Assembly (NCBI GenBank): GCA_017534945.1 | Contig: JAFXVB010000026.1 | Coordinates: forward strand, 65,034-129,033 | DNA length: 64,000 nucleotides | DNA from: Alphaproteobacteria bacterium | GTDB taxonomy: Bacteria; Pseudomonadota; Alphaproteobacteria; Rs-D84 | Direction of reading: 5' to 3' | Shown here: positions 1 through 10,257 of the stretch, piece by piece | Numbering within the stretch: the first letter of the stretch is position 1 | How the letters are laid out: every line of letters starts with the position of its first letter | Notes under the pieces: model-generated | Seen by the model: only the letters and a program-made list of their open reading frames with translations | Told to the model about the DNA's origin: nothing | The model's database searches: none | Program-made: the position numbers and the translations under genes

Positions 1-1
1 T

Positions 2-484
2 CGCATACGAATTATAAATACATATATGCCCAACGGTGACAATATTGAATCACCAAAATTCGTATATAAAATTGATTGGATGAACGCATTTACAAAATAT
101 ATCGCACAATATATTGATTCACCCGAAGCGGTCATAATCGCTGGCGACTTTAATGTTGCGATAAATGACAAAGATATTTGGAATCCAAAAAATTATATTG
201 GTTCATCTATATCGGCACCAAATGCGCGTAAAATCATGCAATCATGGTTGGATTCTGGTTGGATTGATACATGGCGCAAATTACACCCAGACACAATTGA
301 TTACACATGGTACGGATATCGCGGTGGTGATAGTGTCACCAAAAAACAAGGATTGCGTCTGGATTATTTCCTGTGCAATAAAACCGCGGCAAAAATGGTT
401 AAAAATTGCGAAATTGATTTATGCCCAAGACAAGCAGACAAACCAACCGACCATTGTGGATTAATGTTGGAATTACGCGATTAA
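2..484 (+). CDS. xthA: exodeoxyribonuclease III, C-terminal part (5' end lies outside the window)
   Basis: The frame is open from position 2. It shows IINTYMPNG, IIAGDFNVA and a C-terminal DHCGLMLEL motif, all typical of the ExoIII/AP-endonuclease family. Confidence 0.8.
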   Translation, partial: RIRIINTYMPNGDNIESPKFVYKIDWMNAFTKYIAQYIDSPEAVIIAGDFNVAINDKDIWNPKNYIGSSISAPNARKIMQSWLDSGWIDTWRKLHPDTIDYTWYGYRGGDSVTKKQGLRLDYFLCNKTAAKMVKNCEIDLCPRQADKPTDHCGLMLELRD

Positions 485-2994
485 TCCTCCACGCGCGCTA
501 AATCATCATACGCTTTGTATTTTTTATCACCTGTTTCACGATATTCATATGGTGCATTACCAACAGAATACATATTCACTAAATCTTTAACTTTGGCAAT
601 GGCATTATGCATCATATTTGCCACATCGTCCGCATCATACCAAATCATGCGCGTATCAAAATTTTTCAATTGCATAAAAGTAATTTCTGGATTTTGAGAT
701 TTATCAGTTGTTTTTATATCAAACCCACCCGATTGCAACATATACGCTTCCAATGGTAATTGCGGCATATTTCCATCCATCAATTGTGATTTATTTGGTG
801 CTGCGCCTGTTTTAATATCCATAACACCACCATCCCAAACACGATCCGCACGCGCACGAATAACGCGTCCACCGATTACAACTTTGCCACCAATTTCCGG
901 CACAGATTTTTTCAACAAATCTGCATTTTCATCAACCAACTTTGCGATTTCAACAAATCTTTTATGCCAAAATTTAAACAACATACCACTTGAATTTGTT
1001 GTATGCAAAGCATCGCGTGCCGCCCTGTCCATTTCTGGAATAATTGTTGCCGGCGAAAAATCACGCGCATGTTCAATAACATCGTGCACCAAATTACCAA
1101 AGACACGCGCATCGGCACCAACCCACCAATCATCAATCGGTTTTAACCGTAAAATATGTGCAACATAAAAAGCATACGGATTATGAATCAATTTTTCTAA
1201 TTCTGTGACATATACATCACTCCAATCTGCCGGTGGATTTGGCGCACTGTAATCCAACGGGCAAAAAGCGACATTATCGCGCGCACGTACCGAATCCAAT
1301 ACAGATTTTGACATATCCAAATCAATATCACCCGCACGCGCCGCAACCCGGGATATAAATCGCGATTCTTGTGTTTTAACACCCCCAGAATTCAAACTGC
1401 GCAACCAATATATTTCACGTCCACATGATAAATTCATAAAATCCAAAGACATCAAAGACACTTTTCTGTCCGGACTCGGCAATCCAATTTCATCTGCAAT
1501 CCGCGATGGCAACCAAGCGTTTTCATACCCACGTGCCGGAAACATACCATCATTTAACCCGGTTAAAATTACAACATCTGCGGTTTGCATACGCGATTCA
1601 ATTGTCCCCAACACAACAATTTTGGCATTATCATCCATCACATCACGCACAGAAACATTTGATATTGCATCTGCAATAAATGCACGCGCATCCGGTGCCG
1701 ATAATTTAATATCATACCGCGCCAAACAATCACCAAGATTTTTTATTGCCAACCAAATTTGCCCAGATTCATTTGATTCAATTTCAAACAAAGGCGTCAT
1801 AAAATCTATATTATTATTTATAATATCAGCAACAGTATTAAATAAATCAAAATCATTACGCGTATAATATGAATCCCACATTGAATTTCCATTTTCAATC
1901 CAAGAATCTAATAAATTCAAAATTGCGCGACCGGCATGTGTAGCCGCCCCACTTTTCGCACCAGAAAAATCCGCCACCAATCCACAATCTTGGAAAGCAC
2001 TTTCTATTCTTTGATTTCCCGCCGCATCCGGTGTAATCACCATCACAGATTTATTTTGTGAAACGGCACGCCGACAAATTTCTGCAACTGCGGCGGCTTC
2101 TTCACTTTCTGTATCACAATTTATCAAATGACAATTTTTTAAATTTTTATCACCGCTGTATTCCGCCGTATCATTTCCAAACGCATAATTCATAAAGTCT
2201 ATATTTGATGCACCAACATTAATTGGTATAACATCTGCATCTGTCATGCCCAATCGGGATAAAAATTTATATTCTGCATTATATGGGTTTGTATTTAATT
2301 TGAAATCTTGAACCCGCCCCGATATTTTGCCAGACAAAATAATCCGCCCATGTGGAATATTTGCAACCGCAACCATCAAATCCGCCGTTGCTGGCACAGA
2401 TGCCGTTGAACCACACACAACAACAAACGAGTACTTATCCAATTCATGAATCCATGCACGCACATCATTATTTCTTTGTGCCGCAGATGTAATACGCCCA
2501 TTTGCCGCACTTGGCAAAACACCCGTCAAAATATTTAACATTTTTGCCTTTGCTTTGAAATGTTCGGCAAATCTGTCATCAACCAAATTTTCCCAATTGA
2601 TTTTTGATGAATCAACACCTTCGTTTTCCAAATAATCTTGGCATCGCACCAAATCACGCGCAATGGTTAATGCCGTTGACATATTTCCAATATTTGCATC
2701 CGCCGCCAACAACTTTGCTAACAAAACCACACGTTCTGTATTACTAAAAACATCTGGCGAAATAATTTCTTCATCATCATCAATTCCTTCACCCAGCGCA
2801 ACCAACTTTGGCAATAAAACCGCCCTGCCCGCCTTTTCTACAAACATTTTTTCTGCCACACGCACCGCACGACGACTTGGTAAAAAAATCAAGCAATCCG
2901 CCAAAGGCACATTTGATGCCATAACCACAGAATATAATGCATCCAACATCCGCGCCGGATTTGTTATTGAAAAAACATTTTTATTTGACACCAA
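481..2994 (-). CDS. addB: double-strand break repair protein AddB-like (inactivated helicase plus PD-(D/E)XK nuclease)
   Basis: 837 aa. The C-terminal RADRVWDGGVMDIKTG looks like a D..D.K nuclease motif, and the overall layout resembles alphaproteobacterial AddB. No addA is adjacent. Confidence 0.6.
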   Translation of the reverse strand: MVSNKNVFSITNPARMLDALYSVVMASNVPLADCLIFLPSRRAVRVAEKMFVEKAGRAVLLPKLVALGEGIDDDEEIISPDVFSNTERVVLLAKLLAADANIGNMSTALTIARDLVRCQDYLENEGVDSSKINWENLVDDRFAEHFKAKAKMLNILTGVLPSAANGRITSAAQRNNDVRAWIHELDKYSFVVVCGSTASVPATADLMVAVANIPHGRIILSGKISGRVQDFKLNTNPYNAEYKFLSRLGMTDADVIPINVGASNIDFMNYAFGNDTAEYSGDKNLKNCHLINCDTESEEAAAVAEICRRAVSQNKSVMVITPDAAGNQRIESAFQDCGLVADFSGAKSGAATHAGRAILNLLDSWIENGNSMWDSYYTRNDFDLFNTVADIINNNIDFMTPLFEIESNESGQIWLAIKNLGDCLARYDIKLSAPDARAFIADAISNVSVRDVMDDNAKIVVLGTIESRMQTADVVILTGLNDGMFPARGYENAWLPSRIADEIGLPSPDRKVSLMSLDFMNLSCGREIYWLRSLNSGGVKTQESRFISRVAARAGDIDLDMSKSVLDSVRARDNVAFCPLDYSAPNPPADWSDVYVTELEKLIHNPYAFYVAHILRLKPIDDWWVGADARVFGNLVHDVIEHARDFSPATIIPEMDRAARDALHTTNSSGMLFKFWHKRFVEIAKLVDENADLLKKSVPEIGGKVVIGGRVIRARADRVWDGGVMDIKTGAAPNKSQLMDGNMPQLPLEAYMLQSGGFDIKTTDKSQNPEITFMQLKNFDTRMIWYDADDVANMMHNAIAKVKDLVNMYSVGNAPYEYRETGDKKYKAYDDLARVED

Positions 2995-3535
2995 CGATTT
3001 TCCTTAAACTTTCTAAACCCATTTTGGTTTCCGCCGAAGTAAATAAAATTTCCGCCGCCATCGCACCATGATTATCATGCGACAATTCAACCTGATTAGA
3101 TTCCCGTACTTTTTTATCTTTTTTGGTATAAACAATTTGATAAAGGATTCCATTACAATCACAAAAATCCATCAATTCTAAATCAGTTTCTTTTGGCCCA
3201 ACACGTGAATCAATCAATATAAACAAACGCTTTAACTGAGTCCGCGCCAACAAATATTTTTGCAACCGATGCGCCCACGCGGCCGCCACATCACGCGACA
3301 CACGCGCATAACCATATCCCGGCAAATCAACAATTAAAACCCGGTCATCAACATTAAATAAATTTAATTCTTGGGTTCGCCCCGGCGTATTCGAAGTTCG
3401 TGCAATTTTTTCCCCAAGCACCGCATTTATCAAAGAAGATTTACCCACATTACTGCGCCCAACAAAAGCATATTCCGGAAATTGTGTTTTCGGCAAACTT
3501 TCAACCGTAGCAAACGACCCAACAAATTTTATCAT
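2981..3535 (-). CDS. engB: ribosome biogenesis GTP-binding protein YihA/EngB
   Basis: G1 motif GRSNVGKSSLINA, followed by TPGRTQ and DLPGYGYA. Confidence 0.85.
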   Translation of the reverse strand: MIKFVGSFATVESLPKTQFPEYAFVGRSNVGKSSLINAVLGEKIARTSNTPGRTQELNLFNVDDRVLIVDLPGYGYARVSRDVAAAWAHRLQKYLLARTQLKRLFILIDSRVGPKETDLELMDFCDCNGILYQIVYTKKDKKVRESNQVELSHDNHGAMAAEILFTSAETKMGLESLRKIVGVK

Positions 3536-4323
3536 TTGTCCCCCTTTAACAAGCGTTTATATGCTTCTTTTTTTGAAATTCCCGCGCGCGCCGCCAATTG
3601 TGCCGCACTTGATTTTGTTGACCCATCAGCAATATCATTTACAATATCGCGAATTTCATCATCTGTCATTTTTTGTGTTGGTGCCGGCGCAACCACAATA
3701 ACAATTTCACCACGCGGCGGTGCTATACGCATTAAATCCGCAGGATATCCAACAATCACTTCTTCATGAATTTTTGTAATTTCACGAACGATTGCGATTT
3801 GTCTTTCGGGCATAACACGCGCCATTGCGGCGATTGTCGTCATAATGCGATTTGGACTTTCGTAATAAATAATCGTATGACGAATTTTATTATCATCACG
3901 CAATTTCTTTTCATCAAAAAAGCCGCAAAAAGTGAACCTGTCGGTTGGAAACCCAGACATAACCAAAGCCGATATTGCCGCCGTTGGTCCTGGCACCATA
4001 TAAACCGGCACATCCGCCGCACGCGCCGCACGAACCAAACGAAACCCAGGGTCACTTACCCCCGGCATCCCAGCATCAGTCACAACCGCCACAGCGGCAC
4101 CATTTTCAATTTTTTCAATAATAGAATCTATGACTTTATTCTCGTTATGTTCATGATGCGATATGCACTTTGTTTTAATATCAAAATGCAACGCCAACTT
4201 TGCAAACACGCGCGTATCTTCGGCAGCAACCAAATCAACCGAACGCAAAACCTCAATTGCGCGTGGCGACATATCACCTAAATTTCCAATTGGTGTTCCA
4301 ACAATATACAGTCCAGATTGCAT
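3532..4323 (-). CDS. rsmI: 16S rRNA (cytidine1402-2'-O)-methyltransferase RsmI
   Basis: LYIVGTPIGNLGDMSPRAIEVL and VSDAGMPGVSDPG motifs. I placed the start at MQSGLY, which removes the overlap with the divergent gene; the ORF track extends it to 4437. Confidence 0.8.
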   Translation of the reverse strand: MQSGLYIVGTPIGNLGDMSPRAIEVLRSVDLVAAEDTRVFAKLALHFDIKTKCISHHEHNENKVIDSIIEKIENGAAVAVVTDAGMPGVSDPGFRLVRAARAADVPVYMVPGPTAAISALVMSGFPTDRFTFCGFFDEKKLRDDNKIRHTIIYYESPNRIMTTIAAMARVMPERQIAIVREITKIHEEVIVGYPADLMRIAPPRGEIVIVVAPAPTQKMTDDEIRDIVNDIADGSTKSSAAQLAARAGISKKEAYKRLLKGDK

Positions 4324-4372
4324 TTCTAAATCCTTTATGATAAAATAATACAACAACAAATAGGCGTTTTCA

Positions 4373-5959
4373 ATGAATAGATTTTTTACCCGCATTATTG
4401 CAACTTTAATTTTGGCTGGTTGTGCCGGCACCGACACAAAACACGATTGGGGTGCCGATGTAATGGACGGCTCTGTTGGGACACCTGTGCAAATGCAATA
4501 CGGGTCATATTATTCAACATTTGATTCCGCCGATACCCAGCATAATATCGCGGTATTATTACCAATGACGGGACAAAACGCGGCCGCCGGACGCGAAATT
4601 CGTAACGCCATGGAATTGGCATTATTACAGCACTCACTTTCACAATTACATGTGAATTTTTATGATACTGCAAACGATCCGGCAACGGCAATCAATACGG
4701 CATTGTCAACCAACCCCGAAATCATAGTCGGCCCATTATTTTCCGCCGATGCACAAATGCTGCGCACAACAAAACCTGATTATATGCCGGCAATATCATT
4801 TACATCGGACGCAAACGCGGTTGGCGATGGCGTTATGACGGTCGCGTTAATGCCAACAAACAGCATTGAACTTATCGTGCGCGAAATGTTTTATGATGGC
4901 ACCCAAGATTTTATTATCATGGCACCAAACACAGACTCTGGGAAAATCATGGCTGGAACTGCGAAACGTGCGGCTGAAATTTATGGTCCACGCGTTAGTG
5001 GAATATTTTACTATAACGAACGCGACAATGATAATTTGAAAGAAATTGCGCTTTCTGCATCCATGAATACGGCACGCACCGCGGCAAACAAACGCGCCCG
5101 CACAGTATTATCTGATATATTGACGAACGAAACATTAAACGGAATTGAAAAATCGAAATTGTATTATCAATTAGATAAAATATCTAAATCCGACACACTT
5201 GGCACATTACCATATTCTGCAGTTTTATTCCTTGGTGGTGTTGATGACACAAAAACACTTGGTTCATTTTTACGATATTACGGTGCTGATTCCAAAAATG
5301 TTCGTTTTTACGGAACTGCATTATTGGATGGCACAGATATTACCGCCGATTACACAATGATGGGTACAAAATACGCCGCTTTGCCAGAGCAAAATCAAAC
5401 ATTTGTTAATTTATATCGGCAAACATACGACGCGACACCATCACGCCTTGCGACATTTGGATTTGATGCGGCGAATATTGCAATGGGAACAGTATATTCA
5501 AACAAATCCCCGGCGGCATATTTACTAGACCCCAGTGGTTATGCCGGTATGGACGGCATAGTTCGCCTTAAACCAAATGGCGACAGTGAACGCGGACTTC
5601 GCATAGTCCAAGTCAATGGTTCTGGTACACCTGTATTGATTCGCAATGCACCCGAAAACTTTATCAATCCAATTTATAATATTGAACAAAGGCATATCAA
5701 ACCGGCGGACGCTATGGAATTACAAACACGCGGAATAAATCCAAATGATTTCATCAAGATTCCAGATCGCTTGAAAAGCAAATATAAATCACAAACATAT
5801 GGTACAAATATGACGGAATTGGTTCAACCAAAACCACAAAATTCAATTACAGTTATCACATCTGGCGATGATACAACAATCACAGATGCCGATTATCAAC
5901 CTGTGCAATTTGAATCAATCAATAAAAAAATGATAGATACCGTAGAAATAAACGAATAA
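4373..5959 (+). CDS. penicillin-binding protein activator LpoA-like lipoprotein (periplasmic ligand-binding fold)
   Basis: Lipobox ILAGCAG; IAVLLPMTGQNAAAGREIRNAMELA. The divergent arrangement with rsmI matches yraL/yraM in E. coli. Confidence 0.6.
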   Translation: MNRFFTRIIATLILAGCAGTDTKHDWGADVMDGSVGTPVQMQYGSYYSTFDSADTQHNIAVLLPMTGQNAAAGREIRNAMELALLQHSLSQLHVNFYDTANDPATAINTALSTNPEIIVGPLFSADAQMLRTTKPDYMPAISFTSDANAVGDGVMTVALMPTNSIELIVREMFYDGTQDFIIMAPNTDSGKIMAGTAKRAAEIYGPRVSGIFYYNERDNDNLKEIALSASMNTARTAANKRARTVLSDILTNETLNGIEKSKLYYQLDKISKSDTLGTLPYSAVLFLGGVDDTKTLGSFLRYYGADSKNVRFYGTALLDGTDITADYTMMGTKYAALPEQNQTFVNLYRQTYDATPSRLATFGFDAANIAMGTVYSNKSPAAYLLDPSGYAGMDGIVRLKPNGDSERGLRIVQVNGSGTPVLIRNAPENFINPIYNIEQRHIKPADAMELQTRGINPNDFIKIPDRLKSKYKSQTYGTNMTELVQPKPQNSITVITSGDDTTITDADYQPVQFESINKKMIDTVEINE

Positions 5960-5966
5960 AATTCTG

Positions 5967-6980
5967 TCATTTACGCGAAATGATTCCACCAATTCCAAAC
6001 AACAAAGATAATATCAATGCCGCAATAATGGTCAATCGCACGCGCACACTTAATACATCACGTGCAAACCATTCTGTAAAACTACTGCGCTTTGTGATTG
6101 GTGTATCAATATAATTTGGCGCAACACTTACATTTCCATTTTTATCTATATCAACATCGATATAACCAAACTTTGGATTTTCAGGATTGCGAATTGATTG
6201 ACCACTGCTGGGCGCAGTATAAAAATCTATACCTGCAAAATTACCACGCGAATAGAAATGCACATGTCCAAAAAACATTGCATTGATTTTATATTTACGC
6301 ACAATAGTTTCAAACTTTTTAATTGTATCGGGTTTCATTATATGGTCGCTAAAATAATCAGGTCGCGAATTTGCCGGCGGTACATGTCCAATAATTATAC
6401 AATTATGAAACATCGGCCGAATTTTTTGAAGTGTATCATTCAACCAAACCAATTGATTATCATCTAAACTTTCATCCCCAGAATCCAATGTAATAAACAA
6501 AGTATCACCATATCCAAACCAATAATACCCCGCACCCATTACTGTTTCATAAAAAGCCCTGTCTTTTTTATAATTATGCGACATACCGATACGCCGCGAA
6601 ATTTCATGGTTCCCAGGTATGGTCCACATTGGCACATCACCCAAAGACGGTTTAATTTGATTCAACATCCAATAATATCCGGCAATTGACGCGTTCTTGG
6701 TCAAATCACCCAAATACATAACAAAGTCATATTTTTTATTTTGAAAGGCATCATCAATAATTTTCCGCAACAATAAATCATTTGACCCAGTATCCGACAC
6801 CATTAAAATCGAAGCACCATGTTTATCTTTGGCGATAAATTCACTTTGCGGATTGCGAAAATCATGAATTGCATTAAAATATTTATCACTATAAAAAGTA
6901 TGCGCAAACAACAAAATAAAAGCGCACGCAAAAAACACACCCGAAATCCAGAAAAATATTTTCGATAATTTCATGCACAA
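5967..6980 (-). CDS. membrane-anchored metallophosphoesterase (calcineurin-like)
   Basis: Motifs SDTGS, GDLT, GNHE, GHVP and GHVH, with hydrophobic segments at both the N and C termini. Confidence 0.7.
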   Translation of the reverse strand: MCMKLSKIFFWISGVFFACAFILLFAHTFYSDKYFNAIHDFRNPQSEFIAKDKHGASILMVSDTGSNDLLLRKIIDDAFQNKKYDFVMYLGDLTKNASIAGYYWMLNQIKPSLGDVPMWTIPGNHEISRRIGMSHNYKKDRAFYETVMGAGYYWFGYGDTLFITLDSGDESLDDNQLVWLNDTLQKIRPMFHNCIIIGHVPPANSRPDYFSDHIMKPDTIKKFETIVRKYKINAMFFGHVHFYSRGNFAGIDFYTAPSSGQSIRNPENPKFGYIDVDIDKNGNVSVAPNYIDTPITKRSSFTEWFARDVLSVRVRLTIIAALILSLLFGIGGIISRK

Positions 6981-7213
6981 TCCTTTTTACAAAATAACTA
7001 TAAAAGACAAAATTTAAAATGTCCACAATCAATTGGTAATCCAAATAAAACCCGCACTTTAATGGTACGGTGTATCTTTTGGTGGGAGTACGCTTGCATT
7101 AATCGAGCAGAAAACAAACAAGAATTTGCTAAACTTATGCACAATGTTAAAATGTATAAAGCAAAATAGTTATGATTTCACCAGTGGGTGATATTGAATA
7201 AAAGTTGAATTTA

Positions 7214-7222
7214 TGGTATAAT
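7214..7222 (+). promoter_or_regulatory. extended -10 promoter element TGGTATAAT
   Basis: A TGnTATAAT match 24 nt upstream of the ATG at 7246, with a GAGAGGA Shine-Dalgarno between them. Confidence 0.3.
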
Positions 7223-7245
7223 TTGTTTCGCGAGAGGATTTTTGT

Positions 7246-7776
7246 ATGAATATCGGCAGAAAAATCATAATTATGGGTGGGTCTTGTTCAGGCAAATCAA
7301 CGATGGCGCAGAATTTAGGTGAAAAATTTAATTTGCCTATTGTTTATTTGGACTTATATGACCCATATGCAGTGCCAGCAGGTAAAGAGCGCGATAAAAG
7401 AAAACAAAAAATAAATCAAGTTATCCAAGATACTGTTAAAAAAGACAGTTGGATAATCGAAGGAATATACGAATGGTATGCATTTGAAGAACGGTTAAAT
7501 AGTGCAGATACCATGATTTTACTATTATCACCGGCATATAAAAGACTTTGGTGCTATATAAAAACTTGCATTACAAAAACAAAAAGACATGGTCGCCAAG
7601 GTTTTTCTGCAAAAAATTTTCGATGGGACCATGTTTGGTATATGGTGCGAAAAAAAGATGCACCGTATGATTTGATTAACCAAGCGATCCAAAAACATCC
7701 TAATTTACAGGTTGTGAAATTAAAATCGCACAAAGAAGCGAATAAATTTTTAAAATCGGTGCAATTAAAAGGATAA
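7246..7776 (+). CDS. small P-loop NTPase (adenylate-kinase-like / topology modulation FlaR-like)
   Basis: Walker A IIIMGGSCSGKSTMAQ at the N terminus; 176 aa. Confidence 0.5.
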   Translation: MNIGRKIIIMGGSCSGKSTMAQNLGEKFNLPIVYLDLYDPYAVPAGKERDKRKQKINQVIQDTVKKDSWIIEGIYEWYAFEERLNSADTMILLLSPAYKRLWCYIKTCITKTKRHGRQGFSAKNFRWDHVWYMVRKKDAPYDLINQAIQKHPNLQVVKLKSHKEANKFLKSVQLKG

Positions 7777-7779
7777 CAA

Positions 7780-8625
7780 ATGAAAACACCAAAAGTTTCT
7801 ATCATATTACCGTGTTATAATGTTGCCCAGTTTATGGAACCTATGTTTACATCCTTGCGTAATCAAACAATGAAGGATATTGAAATAATTTGTGTAGATG
7901 ATAAATCAACAGATGATACGATTAAAAAAATTCGTGATTTTATAAAATCTGATAATCGCATTCGTTTGTATAAACTTAATAAAAATACTGGTGCATCACA
8001 TGCAAGGAATTACGGATTAAAAAAATCCAACGGAAAATATGTATGTTTTCTGGATCCTGATGATTATATCGATAATGATTTTATTGAAAAATTATACAAA
8101 AGCATAACAAAAACCAAATCTGATGTTGCAAAGGCGAGATTTAAGGTCGGTGATAAATACTGGAAAACACACGAATTGGTAAAAGAAAATTATTTATGTT
8201 TTAGTTCAGAACATTGTTCCGCGATGTATAATAAAAAATTTTTACTGGAAAATAATATATTATATCCCGAAGATGTTATTACGGGCGAAGATGCGGTTTT
8301 TCTGTCAAACCTTGTATTGCATACCAATAAAATTATAACCATAGATAATGCTGATTACCATTATATTCGGCGCGAAGGTTCGTTGGATGCAAAAAAATTA
8401 TCGCACAAAATGGTGTTGGCCAGAATTAAGATGTTAGATTACAAGTTGCAAATGTTAAGAGAGCACGAATTTGATACCTATACTGATAAAATTATTTTTA
8501 TACAACGACATATTTTGAATCATTTTTGTTATGCCGTTGACCCAAAACGCATATCAGAATCAGATAAAAATTTACTGGTTAAATGGTTTATAAACAATCG
8601 CAAAGCAGTGTATACCGACATCTGA
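7780..8625 (+). CDS. family 2 glycosyltransferase
   Basis: VSIILPCYNVAQFM, CVDDKSTDDT and FLDPDD (DxD) motifs. Confidence 0.8.
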   Translation: MKTPKVSIILPCYNVAQFMEPMFTSLRNQTMKDIEIICVDDKSTDDTIKKIRDFIKSDNRIRLYKLNKNTGASHARNYGLKKSNGKYVCFLDPDDYIDNDFIEKLYKSITKTKSDVAKARFKVGDKYWKTHELVKENYLCFSSEHCSAMYNKKFLLENNILYPEDVITGEDAVFLSNLVLHTNKIITIDNADYHYIRREGSLDAKKLSHKMVLARIKMLDYKLQMLREHEFDTYTDKIIFIQRHILNHFCYAVDPKRISESDKNLLVKWFINNRKAVYTDI

Positions 8626-8853
8626 AACTTGCATATATGAACCCGCATACTATCAATGACATCATGTCTGGCAAGTTGCAATGTAGTGTTGATAAGTTGT
8701 TTAATCTGCCAAACATGCTTTAATTCTTGATTTTTATGTTGTTTTATGATATAATGCCTGCATCAAGACGGTTAAGTATATAAACCGTATCTTATCAAGT
8801 TGATTTTTCCATTTTTATGTGCTAAATATTTCATAACAAATATGGATAATTTG

Positions 8854-8862
8854 TGATATAAT
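8854..8862 (+). promoter_or_regulatory. extended -10 promoter element TGATATAAT
   Basis: A TGnTATAAT match 22 nt upstream of the ATG at 8884. An identical TGATATAAT lies at 8747-8755. Confidence 0.3.
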
Positions 8863-8883
8863 GACATTGCAAAAGGGTCAAAT

Positions 8884-9126
8884 ATGATTTTAAAGTATGA
8901 TGTATTAGTAGATCTTCCGCTACAAATAAGAAATGAAATTATGAGTGGAAATATTGCGTTATATTCACAACAGGATGGTTTTGATGATAGAGGAACAAAA
9001 TATATAATGGTGGTTGGCGATCTGTATTTCAGAATAAACGTAACTGGAAAGTTAATTTTACCACCACTTGATAAAATGCCAGAGAATGCAGATAGATCTG
9101 ATTTGGTTATACTCCAAAAGGATTAA
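8884..9126 (+). CDS. hypothetical 80-aa protein, first gene of a two-gene module
   Basis: The ORF has an AAGGG Shine-Dalgarno and ends 2 nt before the next gene. I recognised no motif. Confidence 0.45.
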   Translation: MILKYDVLVDLPLQIRNEIMSGNIALYSQQDGFDDRGTKYIMVVGDLYFRINVTGKLILPPLDKMPENADRSDLVILQKD

Positions 9127-9128
9127 TT

Positions 9129-9998
9129 ATGGTTCAGATTCTCCAAACTTCAGCGCAAAGTTCTGTATGGGTGTTTATTGCTGAAATGGATAGGGATCTG
9201 CCGAGGTTTTTGTTTGATATACAAAATTTTGCTGAGAAGTTAAAAGCCAAACAATCTGGTAATGATTCTAATTTTTATTTCTTTGTTGATAACGTAGAGC
9301 AGTTGAAATCAGTTTTAGCACTAAAAAACATATCAACAGATAAAGTCTATGAAATATCTCAATTTAAAACTGAAATGGGTAAATTATCTGGTATACCATT
9401 TTTAGGATGTGTCGTGTCGTCACACGGAAATATAGATGGTGCGGCAACATTAAATCCTAACAAAATATTAAGCTGTATAAACAACATTCCAGGACTAACT
9501 GACGGCTTATTGTTATTGGGTCAGTGTTTTGCGGGTGTCTTCAATACGCCAACAACATCAAAAATATGTGTTATTGGTGCAAGTAATTTTTGTGAATCAT
9601 TAAGTGCTGAATTTAGTGAAGTTTCCTGGTGTGCAAACATATTTCTGTATTTCTTTTCTCGCTGGTTTATTGAAAACAACAATCAAGATGTTGATGGCGA
9701 TGGAAACTGCTCTATTTTAGACGCTTACAAGTATGCATCCTTTCACACCAGTCTATTGTTGCAAAACGTAAAAGCTCAATTCTCAAAAAACTTTCATATT
9801 TGGTGTACAGATGAGGTAAAAAAACTACAAGATATATCAAACCAGATTATAGCCCCCAAAGAAGGTCAAAACATCGTTGAATTGCAAGCTGTGTACAAAA
9901 GTACACAACTAGAGTTGGATCGCAATTTATCATTGTATCATAACAATCAAGAACCTTGGATTTCTGATATGAATGTCGCGATGCGTCTTATTATATGA
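9129..9998 (+). CDS. hypothetical protein with a clan CD (legumain C13 / caspase-like) His-Cys signature
   Basis: VVSSHGNIDG, then about 30 aa, then LLLLGQCFAGVF, then ICVIGASNFCESL. This resembles the H-G ... A-C ... (E)SS order of C13/caspase-fold peptidases. Confidence 0.4.
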   Translation: MVQILQTSAQSSVWVFIAEMDRDLPRFLFDIQNFAEKLKAKQSGNDSNFYFFVDNVEQLKSVLALKNISTDKVYEISQFKTEMGKLSGIPFLGCVVSSHGNIDGAATLNPNKILSCINNIPGLTDGLLLLGQCFAGVFNTPTTSKICVIGASNFCESLSAEFSEVSWCANIFLYFFSRWFIENNNQDVDGDGNCSILDAYKYASFHTSLLLQNVKAQFSKNFHIWCTDEVKKLQDISNQIIAPKEGQNIVELQAVYKSTQLELDRNLSLYHNNQEPWISDMNVAMRLII

Positions 9999-10170
9999 GA
10001 TGAATCTCCAGTTAAACAATCGGCTTTGTATGTAATTTTGGAAAAATAACGGATTTTGGCGTACCCTATATACATACAAGATATTATCACCACAAAACAT
10101 CCTGAAAACGTCCCGGAAATCAGCCATATTTACACAAACAAAAAACCGACCATACTTGGTCGGTATTTAT

Positions 10171-10257
10171 TGGTGGGAGTGGGTGGATTCGAACCACCTC
10201 AGTCGTAAGACAACAGATTTACAGTCTGCCCCGGCTCTCCAACTCCGGCGCACGCCC
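10171..10257 (-). tRNA. tRNA-Tyr (GTA)
   Basis: Hand-folded cloverleaf: D stem CCGG/CCGG, anticodon loop CUGUAAA, long variable arm, T arm GGTGG-TTCGAAT-CCACC, encoded CCA. There is one C-U mismatch in the acceptor stem. Confidence 0.85.

Noticed and set aside
7063-7170. A short ORF (MVRCIFWWEYACINRAENKQEFAKLMHNVKMYKAK) at the left edge of the islet.
   Set aside because: It is only 35 codons, has no recognisable motif, and overlaps the putative att repeat. There is not enough evidence to call it a gene or a pseudogene.
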